DNA of 61,320 nucleotides from positions 1 through 61,320 of the forward strand of contig JBALDB010000034.1 of assembly GCA_036918135.1 (NCBI GenBank). Reading direction: 5' to 3'. This DNA comes from Nostoc sp. (GTDB lineage Bacteria; Cyanobacteriota; Cyanobacteriia; Cyanobacteriales; Nostocaceae). The notes under the pieces are model-generated. The model was not told the origin of the DNA. It did no database searches and was given only the letters and a program-made list of their open reading frames with translations. Made by a program: the position numbers and the translations under genes. Below are positions 38,407 to 48,912 of the stretch, one piece after another (positions within the stretch are counted from its first letter, which is position 1; every line of letters begins with the position of its first letter).

Positions 38407-39942
38407 TTGACGGAACTTGTATTGTCAATATTCGATCCAAACACATTGTTACCCCATCGGGCAGGGATAGCTGGGTTGGCGTTGGCGTTGTCCACAATCG
38501 CCCCAACCGATGCCCCAATACAGTGGGAGGTGACAGAAAATGCCGTGAAATTATCGTGGGAAGGGAGCGATCAAGAAGCTATTCAATGGCTTTTGGAGCA
38601 GACTTATCAAATTAAACGTGGGCTATTAATTGCTCCAGCTTTAAATCTTGATGAACAGGGATGTTTTACCTTCAATCAAGGGATGTTGTCTTCGTTCCTA
38701 CAACATGGTCAGCAGAAAAGTTTTGTGGAAGATCCTAGTAAGCCTAAACAAGGCAAAAAGAAATTTTACAAAACTCAAACGCTGAATTTCATGATTGAAC
38801 CAGACAACCCCGAAATTTCTGTAAGCTATACGTTGCTGAATTCCTGCTATTACACAGAAGCAGCAAAACGGGCAAAAGACTTTAGCTCCGGAAAACCAGA
38901 AGTCAAGACCCAAATACTACCTGGTTTGGAGGAATGCTTTATCAATGGCTCCTACAAAGAATCATCTAGTAATTTTCTAGCATTACTTTTTTTGCCTCTC
39001 GCTTGCGGATACTACCAATTGCCTATCTTTAACGGAAAAAGCAGATCTGCAATCGTAATTCCTGAAGTGCAAAACTTAAGGGTATGGGTAAAGCTCCGTC
39101 AAAAATTACCTAGCAAGGTTTACGCCAATTTCGGCTCGGCTTATGGCAAATTTAGAGCCAGTAGTGCAGGGGAAGCTGCTTTAAGGTTTCTCCTTGACGA
39201 AAGACAACTAGATGACTCGTATCTATTTAAGGTGAACTACTGCGAAGTTTATCAATTGGGTAGTCAGCCTTGGAATAGAAATCAATCTTTCATTAAGCAG
39301 GCAGTATATCGAGTTCCACTAAAGGATGATGCCCTAAGTTTATATCGAATTGCGTATCAGAATCTTAAACCAAGACTCCGTTCTAAACAGGATGGTGAAG
39401 GAGTTTGGCTAGCAGAGTCTAAAGTTTTAGCTTGGATTTCTGACAACTTAATTTTGGACAAGACTTGGTATAACGGTTTTTTTGAGTTTCGCAAGTCAAA
39501 CACGATCTATCCAGAAGATAGGAGAGGGCTAATTACAATGAGTGAATACTTAAATGCTGATGAGCAAATTTTATTTGATGCAGTGCAAGGGGCGTTTAGA
39601 AAATATCGTGGTCAACAGATTGATCAAGCAAAGCGTCAAGATCGTAAACCTGATTGGGAACAAATTACTAACAAGGTGATTTACCGCCTACAGCGACCCA
39701 GCACTCAACAAGAATTTGCTACAGCTTTGGTAGATTTCCTGAGCCAGTTTCGGAGTAAGGCAGCTTTATCTAGTGGGTCACAGGTGTTTTGGTGGCTTCA
39801 TCAAGAGTCAAACTGGCGTAAGGCACGAGATTTAGCACTCCTTGCCATAGCTACTTACCAAGGGCAAAGCCAGGAAGAAAAGTCTCAGATTGAACAAGAG
39901 ATTGAACAAACCTCTACCGACGAAACTGCCAACGTCCTGTAA
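38407..39942 (+). CDS. cas8: Cas8 large subunit (Cmx8/Cas8a1-like)
   Basis: TLLPHRAGIAGL N-terminus; WRKARDLALLAIATY C-terminus; between cas3 and cas7. Confidence 0.88.
   Translation: MTELVLSIFDPNTLLPHRAGIAGLALALSTIAPTDAPIQWEVTENAVKLSWEGSDQEAIQWLLEQTYQIKRGLLIAPALNLDEQGCFTFNQGMLSSFLQHGQQKSFVEDPSKPKQGKKKFYKTQTLNFMIEPDNPEISVSYTLLNSCYYTEAAKRAKDFSSGKPEVKTQILPGLEECFINGSYKESSSNFLALLFLPLACGYYQLPIFNGKSRSAIVIPEVQNLRVWVKLRQKLPSKVYANFGSAYGKFRASSAGEAALRFLLDERQLDDSYLFKVNYCEVYQLGSQPWNRNQSFIKQAVYRVPLKDDALSLYRIAYQNLKPRLRSKQDGEGVWLAESKVLAWISDNLILDKTWYNGFFEFRKSNTIYPEDRRGLITMSEYLNADEQILFDAVQGAFRKYRGQQIDQAKRQDRKPDWEQITNKVIYRLQRPSTQQEFATALVDFLSQFRSKAALSSGSQVFWWLHQESNWRKARDLALLAIATYQGQSQEEKSQIEQEIEQTSTDETANVL
39538..39942 (+). 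CDS. cas11: Putative Cas11 from an internal in-frame start in cas8
   Basis: GGAGAGGG at 39521-39528, 9 nt before in-frame ATG 39538; 134 aa. Confidence 0.7.
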   Translation: MSEYLNADEQILFDAVQGAFRKYRGQQIDQAKRQDRKPDWEQITNKVIYRLQRPSTQQEFATALVDFLSQFRSKAALSSGSQVFWWLHQESNWRKARDLALLAIATYQGQSQEEKSQIEQEIEQTSTDETANVL

Positions 39943-39975
39943 TTTATCTCACTCACGAAATTTGGAGAAATCACC

Positions 39976-40836
39976 ATGTCTCAACATCTATTCGCAACGA
40001 TAGTCACCTCGACTGCGGTAGCCGCAAACAACCGTGGAGAAGGAGATGGCAGCACACTATCAACGCTGCAAAAAATCACTCGCGGCAATGATCAATATAC
40101 AACTGTCAGTGCTGAAGCGATTCGTTGGGGACTACGGGAGTATTTGCAAAATGCCAATGCCAACGAAACCAATCGCACATTTGATCCGGATAAGGATCAA
40201 TACAATTTCAAGGACGAAAAATTCAGCCCTAAAAAGTTCATTGATGATGATCTGTTTGGTTTTATGGATGCCAAGAAAGGCAAAGACAATGAAGATGCTA
40301 CAACTAAACGACGAGGCGTTTTGGAAGTCAGCCGTGCCGTTAGCCTTGACCCATATTGGGGTGATATAGCATTTGGTTCTAAGGGTGGTACGAAAAATAA
40401 GACTTCGATTCACAGCACAGAAGTGCATTGCACAGCGTACCAATATACAATCGCCCTCACCCCTAAAAGCCTTCAGGATGCTAGCCGTGCAGCATTGGTG
40501 CTGGATGCCATTTCCTCAATTCGGCATGTTGGTGGAAATCATGCTCGCTTTCTATACGATTTCAGTCCAGAGTCAATTGTTGTTCGGGTAACGGACGATC
40601 CAAGTCCCTGGATTATGGATAGCTTCAAGCGGATGGGTGATGGTGTAGGCTGTCCAAGGCTGCTGCGGTTGGTAGAAGTTGGGGATGTAGCAGCCAGTGA
40701 ACTGATCGTGGCAGGGGAGATTGCTGATACCCCCTATGGCAAGCAACTGGAAGTATTAGGGGTAAAGGTTTGTCGTGGAGTGAAAGAAGCGATCGCTGCT
40801 GCTCAAGAACTCTTAAAAGCGGGAGTAACTGCCTAA
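39976..40836 (+). CDS. cas7: Cas7 (DevR/Cst2 type)
   Basis: AANNRGE…LQKI…TVSAEAIRWGLR, DDDLFGFM, VGGNHARFLYDFSP. Confidence 0.93.
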   Translation: MSQHLFATIVTSTAVAANNRGEGDGSTLSTLQKITRGNDQYTTVSAEAIRWGLREYLQNANANETNRTFDPDKDQYNFKDEKFSPKKFIDDDLFGFMDAKKGKDNEDATTKRRGVLEVSRAVSLDPYWGDIAFGSKGGTKNKTSIHSTEVHCTAYQYTIALTPKSLQDASRAALVLDAISSIRHVGGNHARFLYDFSPESIVVRVTDDPSPWIMDSFKRMGDGVGCPRLLRLVEVGDVAASELIVAGEIADTPYGKQLEVLGVKVCRGVKEAIAAAQELLKAGVTA

Positions 40837-41474
40837 TGACTAGTTTGCTCTATATGGAATGTCCCTGCACTAGCTTTCCTCGCAGCTTTGCACGGGATTA
40901 CAAAGAAACCTATCGTTATCCACCACCCTCAACAATCTATGGATTTTTGCTGTCGTTAGTTGGCGAAGTAGATATGAAGGTTCATTTGGGTGTAAAAATA
41001 GCGAGCGGCATCATTGGTGATGATCCACCGATTTCGCGTATTGTCCGCAAGCAAAGACACCACAAGTTTAGCCGCGATCATCTGGGCACTTATCCAACCA
41101 GTAAATTCTCAAAGCCCAATCATCAAGAATTACTGACCGATTTAAGGCTTGTTGTACAGATAGATTCCACAGAAGAAAATTCCACAATTAAACTCACTGA
41201 GCGGGTGACAATCGCTTTATCTACTCCAGAACAAATCACCCGATTTGGCGGCTTAAGCTTGGGCGAGTCTTGGGCACTGGTCAATGGAGTTAGAATTTAC
41301 CGAGAAACGGATGGAAAAATCAGATGGCTAGTCAAGGATAACCGAGGACTCATTAGCTTACCTGTTTGGATTGACCGAACAACTGGACAAGGAACATTTT
41401 CTCGGTTTGATTTTAGTGATAGTTTTTCCGAAGCATCTTGGATTCAAATTCAAATGCCTCAATTGAATCCTTAA
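40836..41474 (+). CDS. cas5: Cas5 (DevS/Cmx5 type)
   Basis: ETYRYPPPSTIYGFLLSLVG; RFGGLSLGES. Confidence 0.93.
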   Translation: MTSLLYMECPCTSFPRSFARDYKETYRYPPPSTIYGFLLSLVGEVDMKVHLGVKIASGIIGDDPPISRIVRKQRHHKFSRDHLGTYPTSKFSKPNHQELLTDLRLVVQIDSTEENSTIKLTERVTIALSTPEQITRFGGLSLGESWALVNGVRIYRETDGKIRWLVKDNRGLISLPVWIDRTTGQGTFSRFDFSDSFSEASWIQIQMPQLNP

Positions 41475-41558
41475 TCTGCTCGTTCCAAGCCATCCAGACT
41501 TAGTAAAAAATCTGGATAGTCAAGTTACTAAAAATTATTGATTAGTCACTCTTTTGAA

Positions 41559-41688
41559 TTACAGCAGTTTTCGTTTGGATGAAGTACAAAGTCACTTGTT
41601 TTGAGGCAGCTATGCTGGAGGCAGAAGAATAATTTAATTTTTCAGTTCTTGATTTTTTCGTACCTCACTTAGTTGCAAACTGCTGTAA
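41559..41688. mobile_element. MITE-like element between cas5 and cas4/1
   Basis: Inverted repeats TTACAGCAGTTT / AAACTGCTGTAA. Confidence 0.5.
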
Positions 41689-41771
41689 GTGTTGGAAATC
41701 TGAACCTTGAAAATTAAATATTTGTTCTTTTTATTGATAAGGTAGGCTCTCTGTTTTTATCTCAAGAATAA

Positions 41772-41798
41772 AGGTGGAAATTATTTTGCCGGGTGAGT
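41772..41798 (+). promoter_or_regulatory. Second copy of the putative operator, upstream of cas4-cas1
   Basis: AGGTGGAAATTATTTTGCCGGGTGAGT. Confidence 0.55.
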
Positions 41799-41822
41799 GA
41801 GATAGCTTGTGTTTAAAGTGAA

Positions 41823-43502
41823 ATGCAATTTTCTACTATGCAAACACTAGAGATTTCCATCTTATCTGGTCAAACCACCCTTCGCGTCTCTGCCCTCCAT
41901 GCCCTTGCCTACTGCCCTCGCCTCTTCTACCTCGAAGAAGTCGAGGAACTTTATACCCAAGATGCTGCTGTTTTTGCTGGACGCAGATTGCACGCTGAAC
42001 TAGAAAAACAAGAAGACGAGGAATGGGAGGAGCTTTTTCTCGAAAGCGAGGAACTGGGTTTACGCGGTCGCCTTGATGCCCTCCGCACCCGTGACGGGCA
42101 AACAATTCCTTACGAACACAAACGTGGTCGCGCTCACCGAGATGAGAATAAACAGCCCCAAGCCTGGGAGAGCGATCGCCTGCAAATCCTTGCTTACGCT
42201 TTCCTCTTAGAATCAGCCTTGGGAATCACAGTTAAAGAAGGTCGCATTCGCTACCATGCTGATAATGTACTGATTCACGTACCATTAGATGATTCAGGAC
42301 GAACAGCAGTTAGAGAAGCAATTGAGCAAGCACTTCTCCTGAGACAATCTACCCACAGGCCACCAGTAACTAATAACGAGCGATTGTGCGCTCGTTGTTC
42401 CCTGGCTCCGGTCTGTTTACCAGAAGAAGCGCGACTCGCCCATGACCAGGAGTGGCAACCAATTCGCCTATTTCCTGAAGATGATGAACGGCAGGTAATC
42501 CATGTTTTAGAACCTGGAACCTGTGTTGGGAGAACAGGAGAACAAATCAAAATCACCCGTCGCAATCAACCTGTAGAGACAATTCCGGCTCGTCAGGTAG
42601 GACAATTGGTGTTACACAGTTTTTCGCAAATTTCCACCCAAGCATTGCACTTTTGTGCTGACCAGGGAATAGGAGTGCATTTTATTTCTGGCGGTGGACG
42701 CTATCTTGGTAGTTTTGACAACCGACAAGGTAGCATTCAACGCCGTATTCGTCAGTATGCTGCTCTAAGCAATCCTAATACTTGTCTAGATTTAGCCCGT
42801 AAATTGGTGATTTGTCGCGGTCAAGGACAGCGTAAGTTCTTAATGCGAGGAACTAGGGGTAAAGCTGGAGTGCCAGAAACTTTGCACAAAGCGATCGCTC
42901 AAATGAAAGCTGTACTCAAACAAGTTCCCCAAGCAAAATCTTTGGAATCGTTGTTAGGACTAGAAGGTAATCTTGCTGCTCTGTACTTTAGTGCGCTGCC
43001 GTGTTTGATTTCCAAAGAGGTCACATGTGAATTGCACTTTAATGGTAGAAATCGCCGTCCGCCCAAAGACCGATTTAATGCGATGCTGGGCTTTGGTTAT
43101 GCTTTGCTACTCAAAGATGTCATGAACGCCATCTTAACCGTTGGCTTGGAACCTGCTTTAGGTTTTTATCATCAGCCGCGATCACAAGCAGCACCCTTAG
43201 CACTAGATTTGCTGGAAATATTTCGAGTGCCTTTAGTAGATATGACCGTAATGGCTTCAGTTAATCGGGGTCAATGGGATACCAAAGCAGATTTTGAAAT
43301 TCGGGGAGAGCAAGTATGGTTAAGTGAAGCTGGTCGGCGTAAGTTTGTTGAGTTATATGAACGCCGCAAACAAGAGAGTTGGAAACATCCAGTCACTGGT
43401 TACTCCCTTACCTATCGACGTTTATTTGAGTTGGAGGTGCGATTGTTAGAAAAAGAATGGATGGGTGAGGGTGGTTTGTTTGGTCATCTGGTACTGCGAT
43501 GA
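41823..43502 (+). CDS. cas1: Cas4-Cas1 fusion
   Basis: Cas4 part: YCPR…GRLD…EHK…CARCSLAPVC. Cas1 part: LGLEG, RNRRPPKDRFN, GFYH, LALDLLEIFR. Confidence 0.95.
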   Translation: MQFSTMQTLEISILSGQTTLRVSALHALAYCPRLFYLEEVEELYTQDAAVFAGRRLHAELEKQEDEEWEELFLESEELGLRGRLDALRTRDGQTIPYEHKRGRAHRDENKQPQAWESDRLQILAYAFLLESALGITVKEGRIRYHADNVLIHVPLDDSGRTAVREAIEQALLLRQSTHRPPVTNNERLCARCSLAPVCLPEEARLAHDQEWQPIRLFPEDDERQVIHVLEPGTCVGRTGEQIKITRRNQPVETIPARQVGQLVLHSFSQISTQALHFCADQGIGVHFISGGGRYLGSFDNRQGSIQRRIRQYAALSNPNTCLDLARKLVICRGQGQRKFLMRGTRGKAGVPETLHKAIAQMKAVLKQVPQAKSLESLLGLEGNLAALYFSALPCLISKEVTCELHFNGRNRRPPKDRFNAMLGFGYALLLKDVMNAILTVGLEPALGFYHQPRSQAAPLALDLLEIFRVPLVDMTVMASVNRGQWDTKADFEIRGEQVWLSEAGRRKFVELYERRKQESWKHPVTGYSLTYRRLFELEVRLLEKEWMGEGGLFGHLVLR

Positions 43503-43511
43503 GGTGCGACA

Positions 43512-43805
43512 ATGGTAGAACATAAAAATTGCTACCTCATTTGTTATGATATTCGCGATTCAAAACGCTGGCGCAAAGCTTACAACTTGCTCCAAGGCTA
43601 TGGTGAAAGAATACAGTATTCAATTTTTCGGTCTTGGCTAAGTATGCGAACGCGAGAAAAATTGCGGTGGGAACTCGAAATGATATTAGCCCCAGAAGAT
43701 AGTTTACTTCTAATTCGTCTGTCACATCAGTGCGTTGCTGGTATACCTGCCTATAATCGTCCAAGTGCTTGGTCATCTCAAGAGGAGGCATACCGGATTG
43801 TCTGA
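43512..43805 (+). CDS. cas2: Cas2
   Basis: YLICYDIRDSKRWRK…GERIQYSIF. Confidence 0.95.
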   Translation: MVEHKNCYLICYDIRDSKRWRKAYNLLQGYGERIQYSIFRSWLSMRTREKLRWELEMILAPEDSLLLIRLSHQCVAGIPAYNRPSAWSSQEEAYRIV

Positions 43806-44074
43806 TGCAAGGATCTGTGATTGTGAGGTACTAAACCAGCACAATACAACTAGGAACTCCCATTAGGCTTGCTGTTCAAGATTTTTAGAACGACTGGAGG
43901 TGCTTGCATTTTCTTCTAAAGGTTTAGAAGGTAAGTAATTCAAGGGTTTTAATATTACCCGCTATCTATAAAATGAAATTGAGATCAGAATTTAGCTACT
44001 TTGTTGCTCTATCAATAAAGGTGCTTGTAATATCAGAAGTGGGTGTTACTCTGATATAGTTTTCAGCCATCGCT
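43806..44074 (+). promoter_or_regulatory. CRISPR leader
   Basis: AT-rich non-coding segment between cas2 and the first repeat; the degenerate repeat is at the far end of the array. Confidence 0.75.
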
Positions 44075-47000
44075 CTGCCCAAACCTGTGATGCCCCAAGG
44101 CGTTGAGCACGAATTATTCTCACCTTTATAGTTGGCGAAATTTATGCTGCCCAAACCTGTGATGCCCCAAGGCGTTGAGCACGCTCTAATGCTATGCAAA
44201 AGGGTAAAGAGTTTTCTACTGCCCAAACCTGTGATGCCCCAAGGCGTTGAGCACGCACTTTGCGAGAAACCACTTTTTGGTTTTGCGGCCCTGCCCAAAC
44301 CTGTGATGCCCCAAGGCGTTGAGCACAGTTGCCCTCAACTAAAATCTATACTGGTGCTTTTTACTGCCCAAACCTGTGATGCCCCAAGGCGTTGAGCACA
44401 CTGAGAGTTGGGTTGCTGCTCCGTGGGCGATAGTTCGCTGCCCAAACCTGTGATGCCCCAAGGCGTTGAGCACTTGGTGATATTGTAGCAATGCCATTGC
44501 AAGAAAGACGCTGCCCAAACCTGTGATGCCCCAAGGCGTTGAGCACTCTGAGATATCAATAGTATGATTAACTTGTTTAGCTGCCCAAACCTGTGATGCC
44601 CCAAGGCGTTGAGCACGACACTTGCTGGCTAGCACGGCTCAACGGGAATCTTCTGCCCAAACCTGTGATGCCCCAAGGCGTTGAGCACAATTTCTAAGCC
44701 GTAATAGCGCCGATAAAATCTTGCTGCCCAAACCTGTGATGCCCCAAGGCGTTGAGCACAACTCTCCCCAGGATTTCTATCCGGTGGTTAGGATCTGCCC
44801 AAACCTGTGATGCCCCAAGGCGTTGAGCACTATGAGTTGTAGTTTGATTGCCATTATCTACATACTGCCCAAACCTGTGATGCCCCAAGGCGTTGAGCAC
44901 TCTTACATGAAAGAGCACATTCATAAGTTAGCAGAGCTGCCCAAACCTGTGATGCCCCAAGGCGTTGAGCACAAGCCTGTAGGTTTTGTTGGGGTAATCC
45001 TTTAAGCTGCCCAAACCTGTGATGCCCCAAGGCGTTGAGCACAAAGTTAACTAAATCTTTAACCCAACTTTGAGGCACTGCCCAAACCTGTGATGCCCCA
45101 AGGCGTTGAGCACGCAACACGTTTCTTGCGCGAACCTTCTCAAGGTAGTGCTGCCCAAACCTGTGATGCCCCAAGGCGTTGAGCACGTTTTAGAGTTCTT
45201 GTACACAGCTTGTAGACAGTTCTGCCCAAACCTGTGATGCCCCAAGGCGTTGAGCACATTACACGGGTACCCCGGTGCTGGTTGACGCTCTACTGCCCAA
45301 ACCTGTGATGCCCCAAGGCGTTGAGCACTTAACGGAACGGCAAATGATTACACGGGTACCCCGGCTGCCCAAACCTGTGATGCCCCAAGGCGTTGAGCAC
45401 AGGCAGATTTCTTGTATTAATCAAGAGATTTTACACTGCCCAAACCTGTGATGCCCCAAGGCGTTGAGCACTAGATGATTTTGGCTCTACTTATGCATTA
45501 AATGTCTGCCCAAACCTGTGATGCCCCAAGGCGTTGAGCACATTGCCATTGCTTAGTTTCGTTTTCAATTGATGTTGCTGCCCAAACCTGTGATGCCCCA
45601 AGGCGTTGAGCACTTGCACAACAAAAAGCCAAAGAAAGACACGACAACTGCCCAAACCTGTGATGCCCCAAGGCGTTGAGCACTAATATGAGTTTTAACA
45701 TAGATGATGCTACCAAGTCTGCCCAAACCTGTGATGCCCCAAGGCGTTGAGCACTCTTCAACTGAATTGACACCGTTTTCTTCGAGGAACTGCCCAAACC
45801 TGTGATGCCCCAAGGCGTTGAGCACGCAATCCGCAGAGCCACAAAACATCGGTGGAATTCTGCCCAAACCTGTGATGCCCCAAGGCGTTGAGCACCACCA
45901 ATTGCGGGTTTTTGCTTTGTCTGCGGTCAACTGCCCAAACCTGTGATGCCCCAAGGCGTTGAGCACATACCTACAGCAGATGGAGTAATAAATACTCTTT
46001 GTTTCTGCCCAAACCTGTGATGCCCCAAGGCGTTGAGCACATGCCAAAAGGTGGAAAACAAAGCCAAATGAAAAAGCTCTGCCCAAACCTGTGATGCCCC
46101 AAGGCGTTGAGCACGTTTGGGAGTGGTCGCATTCTCAAGAAGGTTACGACTGCCCAAACCTGTGATGCCCCAAGGCGTTGAGCACTTCAATCATATGCTT
46201 CTCGAATAGTTCCTGGTTACTGCCCAAACCTGTGATGCCCCAAGGCGTTGAGCACTACAAGGTGGCGAAGCGTGACTGATTTTAGTTAGTTCTGCCCAAA
46301 CCTGTGATGCCCCAAGGCGTTGAGCACGGGCAATGGCCGAAATCAGCGGAGCGCTTCACCAAAACTGCCCAAACCTGTGATGCCCCAAGGCGTTGAGCAC
46401 TAGCAATTATGATTTCAGCGATTGGATTATCACTCTGCCCAAACCTGTGATGCCCCAAGGCGTTGAGCACTAATTTAAAAACACTTGTGCTTTTGGCAGG
46501 TTAGTCTGCCCAAACCTGTGATGCCCCAAGGCGTTGAGCACAACAGGGTGAATTGCTGGAAATCCTTCTAACCAAACTGCCCAAACCTGTGATGCCCCAA
46601 GGCGTTGAGCACACAAGTAGTATCAACAACCACTTGCAAAGATTACCCTGCCCAAACCTGTGATGCCCCAAGGCGTTGAGCACTCAGAAAATAATATTTC
46701 TAGCCTAAAAATAGGATTCTGCCCAAACCTGTGATGCCCCAAGGCGTTGAGCACTATCCTAAGAACGATTGGTTTAAGGGAGTGTTGTCTCTGCCCAAAC
46801 CTGTGATGCCCCAAGGCGTTGAGCACCCCAACAGCAAGAGGGGCAGTTGGCTTGAGGAATTCCTGCCCAAACCTGTGATGCCCCAAGGCGTTGAGCACTA
46901 ATCGCCTTATCTACGTGACGAGTCGTGCTTGGGCTGCCCAAACCTGTGATGCCCCAAGGCGTTGAGCACTCTTTTGGTTTCCACTCGATATAAATCATCT

Positions 47001-48116
47001 TTGCCTGCCCAAACCTGTGATGCCCCAAGGCGTTGAGCACTCAATACAAAAAAGATATTATTTTATTCAGTTCATACTGCCCAAACCTGTGATGCCCCAA
47101 GGCGTTGAGCACTTGTTGATGCAGTTGCTAGAGTATACGCAAGTTTCTGCCCAAACCTGTGATGCCCCAAGGCGTTGAGCACGCTGAGTACGAGCTAGTT
47201 CAAGACCGGACGATAAGCTGCCCAAACCTGTGATGCCCCAAGGCGTTGAGCACTACAAACCATTGACTTGCTAGAAGCAATCGAGGGCTGCCCAAACCTG
47301 TGATGCCCCAAGGCGTTGAGCACTGGAGCTTCATAAATATCTTGATGAGGAGTGGTACGACTGCCCAAACCTGTGATGCCCCAAGGCGTTGAGCACAATA
47401 CCAATTTACTAAAACAATACTTTGATTTAGGTAACTGCCCAAACCTGTGATGCCCCAAGGCGTTGAGCACCCATAAAAGGGCGAGTAGATTTTGTGACTG
47501 GGGAGCCTGCCCAAACCTGTGATGCCCCAAGGCGTTGAGCACGAAGAGACGTAGTATTGTTGAGGCATGGTTATGGTCTGCCCAAACCTGTGATGCCCCA
47601 AGGCGTTGAGCACAATCAAAGAGTAAAACAATCTTTGATTATTTAGAGGTCTGCCCAAACCTGTGATGCCCCAAGGCGTTGAGCACTCATTGACTGCATC
47701 TATAGCCTGGGACGGAAACTCCACTGCCCAAACCTGTGATGCCCCAAGGCGTTGAGCACTAAGTAGCTAGCAGTCAAAACCATATCAAAATCCCTGCCCA
47801 AACCTGTGATGCCCCAAGGCGTTGAGCACCTTGTTACATGATTATTCATAGCTTTGTTCATAGCTCTGCCCAAACCTGTGATGCCCCAAGGCGTTGAGCA
47901 CTTAACTGGAAGGGACGAAAAAACAATATATCGGTGGCTGCCCAAACCTGTGATGCCCCAAGGCGTTGAGCACCATCCGCATTATCCAATCTTTGCCAAT
48001 CTCATGCACCTGCCCAAACCTGTGATGCCCCAAGGCGTTGAGCACAATCAGCTTTCAACGAGTTTGTGGCAAGCAATATACTGCCCAAACCTGTGATGCC
48101 CCAAGGCGTTGAGTAC
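44075..48116 (+). CRISPR. CRISPR array: 57 repeats of 36 bp, 56 spacers of about 34-38 bp
   Basis: Repeat CTGCCCAAACCTGTGATGCCCCAAGGCGTTGAGCAC with hairpin GATGCC-ccaa-GGCGTT; last repeat ends GAGTAC. Counted by eye. Confidence 0.98.
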
Positions 48117-48354
48117 TACTGCGATCGCAAGCGTCGGAATGAAACGCACAGGAGTCGATTGGATTGCGAAATGGAACGCACAGGAGTCAATCATATTACT
48201 GCTGCAAAAGTGATGATTCTACGGGCGCGTGTTTATGAAGTTAAGCAACCACAAAAACTCAACACAATCTGGGGTAAGGTCATGGGAAATCCAGGAAAAT
48301 TTTCCTGGATGTTGAAATTCTTGCAAGCTGCGCGATCACCATCGTTGAGATTCA

Positions 48355-48757
48355 GTGACATACTCCCCGCACCGCCCTTTCCTTCTCTACGAGAGGCTGC
48401 GCCAACGGAACGCTACTGCGAACGGGACGGTGGGGGCTTCTAGGTGACTCCCCCCAACGGGTTGGACATTGACCAGAGGCGGAGTGTCTCCGGCTCCGCT
48501 GAGCTTTGAAGAAGGACGGGATGCCCCGCCGCCCTGTGTTTTATGTTTCTGGCTGCGTTGTGGTCGCGGCAGTAACTAGCACCACATTGACAACTGTGCC
48601 ATCTATCGGACAATGTTTTTGAAACTGTCGCGCCACAATCAGAGCATTTCTGGCTTGTGCCGTTGGGATTTACCGCTACTACCAAACACCCAGCACGAAG
48701 AGCCTTGGTATTAAGAATTTGTAGAAATTGTCTCCAGCCGCTACCTTTTTCAATCAT
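48355..48757 (-). pseudogene. tnpB: IS200/IS605 TnpB C-terminal remnant with right end
   Basis: VNPNGTSQKCSDCG…HSCQCG…RDHNAARNI; minus strand ends GGGAGTATGTCAC at 48355. Confidence 0.8.
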
Positions 48758-48912
48758 GTATTTGTGTAAACAAATGGCAGGTTTTGCGTAAAACTGGTGC
48801 GCTTCAATTGATTACTAGGCAGAGTTGTTTTGGTTTTTAGTAATTTAGTTTACTGATAACTGGTACAGAATAACTCTTGTTCAGGAACTAGAGCTTCAGG
48901 TAGAAGAATACA

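Noticed and set aside
44075..48116. Self-targeting spacers against the resident prophage
   Set aside because: No convincing nucleotide match was found by eye. Spacer 14's translation only vaguely resembles the T chaperone. A proper alignment is needed.
34541..48116. Type I-B CAST (CRISPR-guided transposon)
   Set aside because: Cas3 and Cas1/2/4 are intact, there is no tnsAB/tnsC/tniQ in the window, and no matching transposon end was seen beyond the array.
43996..48443. Many ORFs with repeated CSTPWGITGLG / LNALGHHRFGQ / LPKPVMPQGVEH
   Set aside because: These are translations of the CRISPR repeat, not genes.
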